Made by a program: the position numbers and the translations under genes. 39,256 nucleotides of DNA from IMG/VR virus record IMGVR_UViG_3300009678_001044, positions 1 to 39,256 of that record; one strand, written 5' to 3'. The notes below the pieces were generated by a model. The model was given only the letters and a program-made list of their open reading frames with translations. It searched no databases and was not told where the DNA came from. The DNA comes from a virus. Lineage: Duplodnaviria > Caudoviricetes. Shown here piece after piece: positions 1 to 8,640 of the stretch. The stretch's first letter is position 1; every line of letters begins with the position of its first letter.

Positions 1-1392
1 CGCTCCCCCGAGATCACTCACATAGTTGTTCTTAATCAGAATCCTCCGTCCACCGGCTGATGGGAAGCCGCCATCGTTCCCGCTGATCGCCCAACCTCGA
101 AGCGTTCCAGCGATTCTATTCCCAGTCATCGTCACGTCCTCAACCGTGCTCCAGGTCGCTAATCCATCCTGATTCTTAGGAGTGAATAGCACCATCGCCC
201 CACTCTGCGCTGCGAACCAATTATTCTCCATCGTGTTGCCGGATATCAGCACCCGCCGCGCGTTCTTGAGTTCAAGTGCGTTCTTACACTGCCATTGGGA
301 GCCGTCGTACGCCGGACTGTACGGATTCCACGCGAGCGGCTTCGAGAAGAGACAATCGCTAACCTGTATGTCGCTCGGCACGAGATCATCAATCAGCGGA
401 TCGCTCCCGCCGCTGAGGAACGCTTCCCCGCTGGCTTCGAGGTAGCAATCCTCAATCCTCCACGGCCCACGTCCGGTCCATCCCGCGATCGCCTGTGCAT
501 CCCGATCCGTCAGCTTCCAGTCGCTGATATGGCTCTTCACAATCCCCAGATGATTACCGCTAAGTAGTACGCCGCGACGACCCCCAGTGCCAGCATCGCC
601 TCGAATAAGACACCGATCGAGAACAATGCGAGAAGGGAAATCCGAGACATTCGTCTCACTTCCAGTTCCCAATCGTACCAGTCCATTATTCGGTTCTCCT
701 TTCTCACAGCCGAAATCAATTCCCACGAAGCGATAGTCATGGGCGGAGGGGAGGGTGTAGAGAGCCGAGCTTGTTGGATCGGGCGCTATGAGTCTCGGCA
801 TGGCACCGGCGTCCATTGGGCTCACTCTCCCGCTCGGGAGCATAGCTAACGCACTGCTGACGATGTACACAGGCGCGTCGGCTGTCTTCTTCGGGAGACT
901 GAATGAGCCTACATATCCCCCAATCTCCACCACGATCAGATCGCCGGGGAGACACGTATTCAGCGCGGTTTGAAGTTGTCCGCTGTCTCGCACCCGGAGT
1001 GTTTGCCCCGTTGGATTCGTATACGTTATGTCAACCTGGACCCTCGGGAGTTCTGGCAATGGACCCGCAGGGTCAGGTGGTGGCTCGACTGGCGGCTTAT
1101 TCACCGTAACCATCACATCATCGACCGTTGCCATCTCCCCATCAAAGCCACGCAGGCGCAGGACGTATTGGCCTGCCATCGTGAAACTAGCCTGCGTCAT
1201 AGCGGAGTTTGGGTTTGTGAATGTCACCGCTCCCGGTCCGGATACGAATGTCCATCCGCTCGTTAATCGTGGCGGCTTCGGGAGTTTATCATCGCTCACG
1301 GAGCCCGAGAGGGTGGCTGGGTTTCCAAGGATCACCGTTTGATCCGGTCCAGCGCTGACCACCGGCGGTTTATTCTTCTGCGGTTTCGACAT
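1..1392 (-). CDS. PKD/Ig-like domain + pectin-lyase-like right-handed beta-helix protein (3' end beyond window; absent from ORF track)
   Basis: Manual translation from ATG 1392 is open for 464 codons to the edge: MSKPQKNKPPVVSAGPDQTVILGNPATLSGSVSDD...W.FVSGPGAVTF...AGQYVLRL (PKD-like), Pro linker, then LQTALNTCLPGDLIVVE...KNALELKNARRVLISGNTMENNWFAAQSGAMVLFTPKNQDG (beta-helix). GAGG RBS upstream. Confidence 0.85.
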   Translation of the reverse strand, partial: MSKPQKNKPPVVSAGPDQTVILGNPATLSGSVSDDKLPKPPRLTSGWTFVSGPGAVTFTNPNSAMTQASFTMAGQYVLRLRGFDGEMATVDDVMVTVNKPPVEPPPDPAGPLPELPRVQVDITYTNPTGQTLRVRDSGQLQTALNTCLPGDLIVVEIGGYVGSFSLPKKTADAPVYIVSSALAMLPSGRVSPMDAGAMPRLIAPDPTSSALYTLPSAHDYRFVGIDFGCEKGEPNNGLVRLGTGSETNVSDFPSRIVLDRCLIRGDAGTGGRRGVLLSGNHLGIVKSHISDWKLTDRDAQAIAGWTGRGPWRIEDCYLEASGEAFLSGGSDPLIDDLVPSDIQVSDCLFSKPLAWNPYSPAYDGSQWQCKNALELKNARRVLISGNTMENNWFAAQSGAMVLFTPKNQDGLATWSTVEDVTMTGNRIAGTLRGWAISGNDGGFPSAGGRRILIKNNYVSDLGGA

Positions 1393-1405
1393 TGACAAAT
1401 CCTCG

Positions 1406-2089
1406 TTATCTATTCCTGATCGTAAGGGAGGCTTCCTCCCAGATTCTCACGCCGGGAATCACGATGACAATTCCATCCTTGTGAGCGTGCCTGACTTCTT
1501 CCCACAGCTTCTCCCGATCCAACACACGCTTGAAATACACGTCTGGGATCTGTGATTCATCGGTGATCTCATACTTTGGCACCATCGGGACGACGGTGTT
1601 CTCCATCTTGGGAGGCTCGACGATAGCTGGAAGCACGAGTTCCTTGATCCTCTCGGGTCGCTTCGAAGCCGCAAGCTTGGCTTCATGCTCCTCTTTTATC
1701 CGCTGTTGCCGCTCTCGCTCCTCCCTCTCCTTCAGCATCACATCCGTGAGATACTTATTGATCGTGCACTTGAGACTGACTCGTAGCTCTTCCAACGGGC
1801 CTACCAATGTCGTCTCCTGCTCCTTCGCTAGCCGCAAGCCTTCCTTCGCATTGTCAACGATCGGCTTCACGAATGCCGTGGCTTTATCCCTCGCGGTGAT
1901 AATGCGAGTGAGTAGCGTGCGTGCGGATTGACATTCCTGCTCATTCCGGATCGCAATGCCCGCTACCTGCTGGCTGAGTGTCTTCGCTTGCTGTTGGAGC
2001 GCGGCGGCATTCTTCGATGTGATAAGCGCAGTCGATGTGGATTTCTCAACCGTCAGTTCGACCTTCTTTGCGGTAACTTTGGCTTTCAT
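1406..2089 (-). CDS. Coiled-coil phage protein, Gp157/Mu Gam-like
   Basis: Helical body then KYEITDESQIPDVYFKRVLDREKL...IPGVRIWEE C-terminal motif typical of Gp157-like proteins; RBS AGAGGGGACAC-ATG. Confidence 0.6.
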   Translation of the reverse strand: MKAKVTAKKVELTVEKSTSTALITSKNAAALQQQAKTLSQQVAGIAIRNEQECQSARTLLTRIITARDKATAFVKPIVDNAKEGLRLAKEQETTLVGPLEELRVSLKCTINKYLTDVMLKEREERERQQRIKEEHEAKLAASKRPERIKELVLPAIVEPPKMENTVVPMVPKYEITDESQIPDVYFKRVLDREKLWEEVRHAHKDGIVIVIPGVRIWEEASLTIRNR

Positions 2090-2113
2090 GTGTCCCCTCT
2101 TTGTGGTGTGTGA

Positions 2114-2416
2114 TTAGAGAATCGCCAACCCAATGTGCTCATCCGATGGAACAAGGAGTGGGATCGCTGGCGACGTAACCCTCTCTGGCGTCAGTCCCAT
2201 CATCTTCATGTCATCGAGGAGCCGCAGGGTATCCTGCTCTTCAATCGATCGATCCTCCTTCGTTCCGGATGAGGCGTAGTAGACCCCCCTGGGAACATCG
2301 GAGAACTCTGCCAGTCCTATCTCTCGGGTCTCAATTTCCCATCCCTTCGCTTCCAACGCTGCAATAACTCCTGCCGCTGTCTCGCTTCCCTTCTGGATGG
2401 TAATGTGGAGTTTCAT
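2114..2416 (-). CDS. Hypothetical protein
   Basis: 100-aa ORF with AGGGAG RBS directly downstream of a TTGACA promoter. Confidence 0.7.
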   Translation of the reverse strand: MKLHITIQKGSETAAGVIAALEAKGWEIETREIGLAEFSDVPRGVYYASSGTKEDRSIEEQDTLRLLDDMKMMGLTPERVTSPAIPLLVPSDEHIGLAIL

Positions 2417-2440
2417 GGGTTGGTCTCCCTGTGTGTTATG

Positions 2441-2509
2441 ACCCTACTATAGCCGATTCTTCAATGTCAACGATTATTTTCTTGCGCCCGCCGTTGTGTG
2501 TGATATTCT
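2441..2509. promoter_or_regulatory. Back-to-back sigma70-like promoters
   Basis: Minus: TTGACA (2470-2465) with TAGGGT at 18 nt or TATAGT at 13 nt. Plus: TTGCGC (2482-2487)-N16-TATTCT (2504-2509) with extended TG. Lies between divergent genes. Confidence 0.55.
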
Positions 2510-2628
2510 CCCCCTGTGCGGTAGGCATACCGCTTTCCTTTCGTTCCCTCCCAAAGAGAGCCGGGGTGGTCAGAGCCTCGGCTCTTCTATTCTGACAGAC
2601 ACGATAGCGTGTCGGAGACCGATCCATC

Positions 2629-3693
2629 ATGACCAAACCCCCTCTCCCTTCCGATTGGGCAAAGATCAACAATTTCCTGAAGCATGAAACCCCGGAGAAA
2701 GAATGCCTGATTGACCGATTACTTTACCGGCGTGACCTTGTGGCCCTCGGCGGCAGGCGTCGTCATGGAAAGACCACCTTCACCCTCAATCTCAGCGTAT
2801 CGCTAGCGTCGGGTATCCCGCTGCTTGGCTGGGATATCCCCTCTCCTCGTCGCGTCGTCGCCTGTCTCCTCGAAGATGACACGCGGGAGATCCAAGATAA
2901 AACCAAGGGGGTCCTCAACGGTCATCACTGTGTCCGGGAGAATCTCTTCCTTTTCACAAGGGAGTATTTTTCTCAAAACGAGATCACCGTTCGCGCTTCC
3001 TCCGCTAAGTTCGTCGATTCCATGTGCGCGATCTGCTCCGACTGCAAGCCGGATTGCATTATTCTCGATAACGCGGCACAGCTCGTCGGGGGAGATGTGA
3101 ATAACGCCACCCGTGTCCACGCGCTCTCTACCCTCTGCTTCGATCTCTCACAGGAATACAACTGTGCCGTGATCGTTGCCGCCCATCCTCGGAAGGCTAA
3201 TGAAACCACTCCTTCCCTTACTACCAACGCTGAAGGCTTCTTCGAGGAGATCATGGGATCGTCGCACTTTGTCAATTCCTTCGGCTCCCTCTGGGGCATC
3301 CAGCGCAACTCCGACGATCTCACACATTTCCTTGGGGGTGCCCAGCGATTCCTCGGGGGGCAATCGGTCATGGCCCTCCGGAAGCGTGATGATGGCTGGT
3401 TCGAAGTCGTAGACGATTGGGAAGAAGTCTTCGACATGTCCTGCGGGACCAAGAAGCGCCAGGACGCATGGAAAGCCCTTCCCCAGCAATTCAAGTTCAA
3501 TGAAGGGTTCGTCGCGTGTTGTGAGTTCATCAAGTCCAAGGAATCCTTCTCTGACTGGGTTCGGCATTGCATCCGGCTCGGAATGATGACCAAGAAAGGT
3601 GAGTCCCCAATCTACCTCAAACGGAACAAGCTCGGATTTGACAAAAAGCTAACCCTCGTAGAATCAACAAAGCCATCTAAGAAAAAGCCCTAG
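2629..3693 (+). CDS. AAA_25 / RepA-like (RecA-fold) replicative helicase
   Basis: Walker A GGRRRHGKTT, LEDD, Walker B IILDN, IVAAHPRK, IMGSSHF; only intact plus-strand gene in the left arm. Confidence 0.8.
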   Translation: MTKPPLPSDWAKINNFLKHETPEKECLIDRLLYRRDLVALGGRRRHGKTTFTLNLSVSLASGIPLLGWDIPSPRRVVACLLEDDTREIQDKTKGVLNGHHCVRENLFLFTREYFSQNEITVRASSAKFVDSMCAICSDCKPDCIILDNAAQLVGGDVNNATRVHALSTLCFDLSQEYNCAVIVAAHPRKANETTPSLTTNAEGFFEEIMGSSHFVNSFGSLWGIQRNSDDLTHFLGGAQRFLGGQSVMALRKRDDGWFEVVDDWEEVFDMSCGTKKRQDAWKALPQQFKFNEGFVACCEFIKSKESFSDWVRHCIRLGMMTKKGESPIYLKRNKLGFDKKLTLVESTKPSKKKP

Positions 3694-3696
3694 TGC

Positions 3697-3882
3697 GGGG
3701 GGACCCGTACTTACCGTACCAACCCTTTAGACTCAACACATTAATACCGTACCGAAGTGGCGTACTCCGTACCGGACCGCAACCGAACCAAAACACACCT
3801 TGGTACGGGATCGGTACGGTAGGTGGTACGGTATTTATGTATAACATATATATACACTAGTACGGGTGGTACGGTGGTCCCC
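3697..3882. repeat. Inverted iteron array, putative replication origin
   Basis: CCGTAC at 3705, 3714, 3747, 3767 (plus GCGTAC 3760) facing GTACGG at 3803, 3814, 3826, 3860, 3869; AT-rich tract ~3832-3858; directly after the helicase stop. Confidence 0.7.
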
Positions 3883-3999
3883 GTCCACGAATGTGTGTTG
3901 GTGGTCAAATTTGCTCTCAGGATGTCCTAGAACAGCGGGAGGGGTAAGGATGCTCGCTGGAACGCCCGAAGTCATTACCTACCCCCCTTACCTCATCAC

Positions 4000-5502
4000 C
4001 TACCCCATAACCTCGATGTGGACCAGAGTGTCTTTTGCTCGTGTCGTTGCCACATAGCACAGATTCATCTCCTGCTGCTTCATCCACGGTTGCTTCGCGT
4101 ACTTCGACGGCTGGTATCGATTCTCTCCCAAGATGAACACCTTCTCCCACTCCCGGCCCTTGGACTTATGGATCGTACTTAGCAGGATCGTGGATGCCGA
4201 TCCACCCCCACTATCGCTGAACATGCGATTGAGTAGATCCGTGAGATCCCGCGTGTCCTTCTTCTCCTCCAGCATCAAGCTCTCCGCGAGGAAGTCAACC
4301 GTATCGCACATGTCCGCGATGAGTGCGGCGATCCCCGGCTTATTCTTCTGGATCAAGCGCTCCTGCTCCTCTCTGGAATACGCATCCACCCGATCTCTTA
4401 GCTTCGATAGCTGAGGTTCCTTGAACTTCTCAACGAGCTTTGTGAGTTTCTTCCCGATATCGCGGCCTTCGATTGTCACACCCACCCTGTTTCGAATGCA
4501 GTGATAGGCCATCTGAACGAGGGGCTTCGTGTTCCGGCAGAGAACCGCATCGCCAGCTTTGGGAATATGCGCGGCCTTCTCCCCATACCCATCGATCAGT
4601 TGCTTCAACACCTCCCCTTCGGTTGTGTACAGAATCTCCCCTTGCTTAGCGGAGGGAGCATGTTCAATCGAAGGGACCCACCTCTGAGCCCTCTTGATGA
4701 TCTCCTTCGCACACCTCCAACTCACCGTAAGCGGGAGCAGGGTCGCATCGACCTTCCCCTGTATGAGATTCATTGCCTGTGCATCGGCCCCTGAGAATCC
4801 GTAGATACTCTGGTTCTCATCTCCGAGGTAGCACAGCTTCCCATCCTCAGACATACAGCGGGTCGCGAGTTCCCGGCGAGCTTTATTCGTATCCTGGGCC
4901 TCATCGATTAGGATCGTCTCGTACTGTGGCAACTCGATATCGAAATGCAGGGGCGCCCACAGCATATCGTCGAAATCCACCACACTTGTGCATTGGTCCT
5001 TACTAGCCTCGAAGACTTTCTTCGCTCCCTCGATGACCTGAGCCGTTCTGTTTTGGATCTCGATCCCATGGTAGTCGATGATATCCTGCCACGCTTCCGC
5101 GTCCTCATCGCCCTTGAAGCATCCTTGCTTCGCGAGGGACACGAGTTCTTTAATCGGGCCACCACTGGTCTGCATCCCCAGCTTATCGACGATTTTCCAC
5201 AGTTTATCCCCATCCACGGCAACCTTCGGATAGACCCTTCTCCAGCCTCGAAGCCCTAAGCTGTGCCACGTTCCGGCTTCGATCATGGAATTCTCGATCC
5301 CCCGTAAGCGGGTTTTCAATTCCTCCGCGATCGCTTTGTTGAATGCCCCGAAGAACGCACTCCCTTCGAGTTCATTACAAATCATAATCCCCGTGGAGGT
5401 CTTCCCACTCCCGGCCTTCGCATCGACCCCCAGCGACGATCCGTTGTCCTTCATGTGGGCGATGATCGCTTCCTGTTGCGGCGTTTTAATCAATGAGTTC
5501 AA
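4000..5502 (-). CDS. Superfamily 1 (UvrD/Rep-like) DNA helicase
   Basis: DAKAGSGKTST, AFNKAI, LIDEAQD, GDENQSIYGFSGA, SWRC, LCRNT, STIHKSKGREW, YVATTRAK. Likely TTG start at 5502 after GGAGGGGACA. Confidence 0.92.
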   Translation of the reverse strand: MNSLIKTPQQEAIIAHMKDNGSSLGVDAKAGSGKTSTGIMICNELEGSAFFGAFNKAIAEELKTRLRGIENSMIEAGTWHSLGLRGWRRVYPKVAVDGDKLWKIVDKLGMQTSGGPIKELVSLAKQGCFKGDEDAEAWQDIIDYHGIEIQNRTAQVIEGAKKVFEASKDQCTSVVDFDDMLWAPLHFDIELPQYETILIDEAQDTNKARRELATRCMSEDGKLCYLGDENQSIYGFSGADAQAMNLIQGKVDATLLPLTVSWRCAKEIIKRAQRWVPSIEHAPSAKQGEILYTTEGEVLKQLIDGYGEKAAHIPKAGDAVLCRNTKPLVQMAYHCIRNRVGVTIEGRDIGKKLTKLVEKFKEPQLSKLRDRVDAYSREEQERLIQKNKPGIAALIADMCDTVDFLAESLMLEEKKDTRDLTDLLNRMFSDSGGGSASTILLSTIHKSKGREWEKVFILGENRYQPSKYAKQPWMKQQEMNLCYVATTRAKDTLVHIEVMG

Positions 5503-5821
5503 TGTCCCCTCCCTTTCCGTTGTCGATGATCCATAGGGCGCTCTCCGCACGCTTGAGCTGCCCCTTGAGGATTTGTACCTGTCGTTTCTTGCGTGCGCGG
5601 AAGCTCTCTTGGGCTTCCTTGACGGTTGGTGCAGCGAATCGCTTTCTCGCGCTCAGCAACACAAATCGCTGGTCCCCGTAGTAATCAATCCATACTCCCT
5701 TCGCTGTTCTCTTCTCGATCCCATACTCATGCAAGTTCACATGAAGCCCATCAGTGCAGGGCATTTCATCGTACCGATAGAGAACACCCAATCCTTTGTC
5801 TTCATAAGGCGCAAGTCTCAT
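5486..5821 (-). CDS. Phage hypothetical protein
   Basis: KRTAKGVWI...RFVLLSARKRFAAPT.KEA.ESF.ARKKRQ; ATG 5821 overlaps the upstream stop (ATGA). Confidence 0.75.
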   Translation of the reverse strand: MRLAPYEDKGLGVLYRYDEMPCTDGLHVNLHEYGIEKRTAKGVWIDYYGDQRFVLLSARKRFAAPTVKEAQESFRARKKRQVQILKGQLKRAESALWIIDNGKGGDIELID

Positions 5822-6081
5822 GCTGTATCCGCCTTTCTCGCACACGCGGGGGAGCAATAGTATTGCCCCCTCCCCTCGCACTCAGTGTCCTTGTACACGG
5901 TCGCGTTCTCCTTCAAATCCTCCCCGCACACCTCGCAGGATGTGCTCATCCCCAGGTCATACTCATACTTGATTGCCTTCGCCCAAGCTGGGATCGCGGC
6001 GGGCGCTTCCTCTGGTACGTTTAGCTCGCGTAGCCCCTTCCCATCGGTTTGAAACCAGACTTCATCTCTCCGGATTGTCAT
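5818..6081 (-). CDS. Small Zn-finger protein (CxxC...YYCSPAC, TRASH-like)
   Basis: Start 6081 after GAAAGGGGACACA; ATGA overlaps at both ends. Confidence 0.7.
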   Translation of the reverse strand: MTIRRDEVWFQTDGKGLRELNVPEEAPAAIPAWAKAIKYEYDLGMSTSCEVCGEDLKENATVYKDTECEGRGQYYCSPACARKADTA

Positions 6082-6314
6082 TGTGTCCCCTTTCGTTTCC
6101 TCGATTGTCGCTCGGCCTCGATAGCCAGGCGATATACGGTCATCAGAGGGAGGCTGTAGCTCCTCCCCCTCCCTTCCTGCAATTCGATCCATCCCGCCGG
6201 GTGCAATGTCACGAGCAATGATCTCGCCATCAGCCCTTTGAACTTCCTGCCGGTCGGCTTCTTACACTCCGGATAGAGGATCTTGGGCGAGGTTGGAGCT
6301 TTAGCTTTCGGCAT
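6078..6314 (-). CDS. Hypothetical basic protein
   Basis: MPKAKAPTSPKILYPECKKPTGRKFKG...; GAAGGGAG RBS. Confidence 0.7.
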   Translation of the reverse strand: MPKAKAPTSPKILYPECKKPTGRKFKGLMARSLLVTLHPAGWIELQEGRGRSYSLPLMTVYRLAIEAERQSRKRKGTQ

Positions 6315-6852
6315 CGTTGCTCCCTTCGATTCCATCCAATACCTTCGCCAGTCCTGTCATGCTCGCCCGGAAAGCCTTGATGCCCTCATCCTCCCAGATT
6401 GCATCATGGATCGCTTGAGCGGCACGTTTCTTATCGGCTTCGTAATCCCCATCCGAAACGAAGGGAATTGGAATGCTTACTAGGTATTGTCCCCCTTCCA
6501 CGTTCGATAGGGACCAGCACCAATCGTCCCCGGTCCATTCGCCGCTTACCCCGCTTGGGTGATCGGCCCAAGTGCCGACAATCTCCCCAGCGATATCTGC
6601 TTGCTCATCCCCTTCCGGCGGGCAGATCGTTGCATAAACCCTCAACCTTGCTTCAATCGTTTCCTCATTAAGAAACGCCGCAACGATGGCTATCTGTCCT
6701 CCATAGTCCAAATCCGCGTCCTTCCCACACAGCCCATGCCCCGGCTTGGCGAAGGCTTCTAGCTCCTTCGTAATGTCAACAGGCTGATCCTCATCGCTTG
6801 GCAGCCCGTTACATCCCGGCGGGTAGCTCCAACCGAATAATCCGTGTGTCAT
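6301..6852 (-). CDS. Phage hypothetical protein (N-terminal FGWSYPPGC motif)
   Basis: 183-aa ORF, GAGGGGGACAA RBS, operon-tight. Confidence 0.75.
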   Translation of the reverse strand: MTHGLFGWSYPPGCNGLPSDEDQPVDITKELEAFAKPGHGLCGKDADLDYGGQIAIVAAFLNEETIEARLRVYATICPPEGDEQADIAGEIVGTWADHPSGVSGEWTGDDWCWSLSNVEGGQYLVSIPIPFVSDGDYEADKKRAAQAIHDAIWEDEGIKAFRASMTGLAKVLDGIEGSNDAES

Positions 6853-6979
6853 TTGTCCCCCTCGTTGTTTGTTCCTTCGATGTAGTAAGGCGCATAGCTA
6901 CACACCTTCCCCTTTGAACTTCCGCCCGGTGGGTTTAAAGGATCTTGGGTGTGGCGAGCTTGGTTTTCTTTACTGTCAT
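6849..6979 (-). pseudogene. Chimeric remnant of paralogues of the 6314 and 7161 genes
   Basis: ATG 6979 gives MTVKKTKLATPKIL*, then KPTGRKFKG in another frame, then GKVCSYAPYYI in a third; both motifs match neighbouring intact genes. Confidence 0.65.
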
Positions 6980-7161
6980 AGCTTTGCGCTCCCATCCCCA
7001 ATGTCGATACAATTCTCATCCTCATCAGTGTTGGGTTGATCGCTGATGTAATAGGGTGCGTACTCACACACCTCCCCTTCGCTGTGCTGTCCTCCGCACC
7101 AAAAGCACTCCAGGTCGTCGGCCAGCTCCGGGATCTCGGAGGGGTTCATTTCCTCGCTCAT
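6976..7161 (-). CDS. Small acidic Zn-binding hypothetical protein
   Basis: CFWCGGQH...VCEYAPYYI; AAGGGGGA RBS; ATGA overlaps. Confidence 0.65.
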   Translation of the reverse strand: MSEEMNPSEIPELADDLECFWCGGQHSEGEVCEYAPYYISDQPNTDEDENCIDIGDGSAKL

Positions 7162-7469
7162 AATTCCCCCTTGGCGAGCTTCAGCGCAGTACGCAAGTTA
7201 GCAATCGACTGAGACGATGGATCACACCCAGTATCAATCCATCTCAAGACTTGCTCGGTTGCCGTAGTTAGCGCCTCGTGCGAGTTTACTGCCCGGACGA
7301 TGAGGGCGGCGTTAGCACGTACCTCTGGGTCTTCACTGCCCCCGTCATAGAGCACCTTGCACACCTCACGCGGCCTCTTGAGCCAGCTAGTTGCCGACAT
7401 GATGATTGGAGCGCCTTTAGCTGTCCTTAATTCATTGATACCCCACGGCACCGGCGTATGCTTCAGCAT
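7158..7469 (-). CDS. Phage early protein of the HTPGPW...ANARLI type
   Basis: MLKHTPVPW...RANAALIVRAVNSHEAL. Confidence 0.75.
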   Translation of the reverse strand: MLKHTPVPWGINELRTAKGAPIIMSATSWLKRPREVCKVLYDGGSEDPEVRANAALIVRAVNSHEALTTATEQVLRWIDTGCDPSSQSIANLRTALKLAKGEL

Positions 7470-7618
7470 GTCCCCTCCTTTGATTCGACAACGTAATACT
7501 CCTGGGAATCCTCATCGTTCGGGAATTTGGCGAGCACGTAATCCCAGCCATCTTGGAAGCTGGCGAATTCACCATAGTTCATGACGTTTCCGGCCCAATC
7601 CTCAACGTGATAGCTCAT
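7463..7618 (-). CDS. Small hypothetical protein, 51 aa (below ORF-track cutoff)
   Basis: MSYHVEDWAGNVMNYGEFASFQDGWDYVLAKFPNDEDSQEYYVVESKEGTC; GGAGGGGACATC RBS; fills the operon gap exactly. Confidence 0.7.
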   Translation of the reverse strand: MSYHVEDWAGNVMNYGEFASFQDGWDYVLAKFPNDEDSQEYYVVESKEGTC

Positions 7619-7896
7619 GATGTCCCCTCCAATATGCGATTCCCGTCGTCATCGAATGTAATCCGCAAGAATGTGCGGTCCTCCTCGATTGCGTCCTTCT
7701 CTCGATAGGGATAGAACAGCCCCCCGCCGTCGCCGATCGCCACCACCCAATCACACACACCGACGCTGGGCGATAGCGGCCTCCGGAGCTCCCTGAGTAT
7801 GTAATCCGCGCACTCGTTCGGATCGTCGAAGACGAGGTTAGGCTCGCAATCGGCCACCGTGCGTTCGTCATCGGTTTCGAAGATTTGCAGATTCAT
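7615..7896 (-). CDS. Acidic hypothetical protein
   Basis: 93 aa, ATGA overlaps at both ends. Confidence 0.65.
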   Translation of the reverse strand: MNLQIFETDDERTVADCEPNLVFDDPNECADYILRELRRPLSPSVGVCDWVVAIGDGGGLFYPYREKDAIEEDRTFLRITFDDDGNRILEGTS

Positions 7897-8093
7897 GGTG
7901 TAACCCCCAACCGCTCCGCCGTGTTCTGATGATCCTCAACCAATCGCAGGGCCGCATCTCTCATCCTGGCAATCGCAGCGTGATCGTTCGGCTGGAAGCC
8001 ATAGCACCGAATGAACAGTGTGGTCTGCATATCCTTCCGGTGCTCTTCCATGAGCGCGTAATCCTTCAATGCTTCGAAGCCTTTCTTTGTCAT
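7893..8093 (-). CDS. Hypothetical protein
   Basis: Start MTKKGFEALKD after GAAAGGGGACAT. Confidence 0.65.
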   Translation of the reverse strand: MTKKGFEALKDYALMEEHRKDMQTTLFIRCYGFQPNDHAAIARMRDAALRLVEDHQNTAERLGVTP

Positions 8094-8116
8094 ATGTCCC
8101 CTTTCGAGCCGTAGGC

Positions 8117-8203
8117 TCAATCCCTCTCCCCTCTCGTCAGTAACCACACCAACCCCAACAACACTCCCACAATCACCCAGCGGATGATTCTCCAGATGAA
8201 CAT
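8117..8203 (-). CDS. 28-aa single-pass membrane peptide
   Basis: MFIWRIIRWVIVGVLLGLVWLLTRGERD; TGATG overlap with upstream gene. Confidence 0.6.
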   Translation of the reverse strand: MFIWRIIRWVIVGVLLGLVWLLTRGERD

Positions 8204-8640
8204 CACGCGCCCCTCCCCAACTCCCAGCACGCTTTGACCGCATCCCGCCACGCTTGAACCTCCGGCTTGATCCACAACTTTCCGATCAAATCCGCCCGGT
8301 CCTGGGCCATTCCCTTCTGAGGCTTGGCCGTGAGTCCTTTAGGAATGCTTCGCTTGGCAATCGTCATCAAATACTCTGCCCGACCCTGTAAGCTGTCGCG
8401 CTGGCTCGCGTACTGATCGAACCGCGCCTGACGTTGCAGGCACGCCTCGCAATACGTCTGGGTGGAATTGCAATGCTGACAATCCATAAACCAATGGCGA
8501 GTCTCGTAGACCTTTCGCGGGGGTTCGTCTGGAATAATCTCCCCGCGATACGTTCGCGCCGGTTCCTCCCTTTCAACAAATCTCATCGGAACTGCGCCGC
8601 TTCCATAAGCCCCTGATAAAATCTCAATCTCTTGTTCCAT
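8203..8640 (-). CDS. Hypothetical protein with CxxC-CxxC motif
   Basis: MEQEIEIL...CQHC...CEAC; GAGG RBS. Confidence 0.65.
   Translation of the reverse strand: MEQEIEILSGAYGSGAVPMRFVEREEPARTYRGEIIPDEPPRKVYETRHWFMDCQHCNSTQTYCEACLQRQARFDQYASQRDSLQGRAEYLMTIAKRSIPKGLTAKPQKGMAQDRADLIGKLWIKPEVQAWRDAVKACWELGRGA

Noticed and set aside
182-1342. Short ORFs listed in the track at the left edge
   Set aside because: They are shadows of the single long minus-strand ORF starting at 1392.
3972-4012. Imperfect ~21-nt tandem duplication at the SF1 helicase stop
   Set aside because: Two copies only; probably local slippage.
6849-7080. Diversity-generating retroelement TR/VR pair
   Set aside because: No reverse transcriptase in the window; differences are synonymous third-position changes, not adenine-specific.
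8095-8145. Hammerhead-like CTGACGA...GAAA on the minus strand
   Set aside because: Stems I and III cannot be formed and the sequence is explained by the membrane-peptide ORF.
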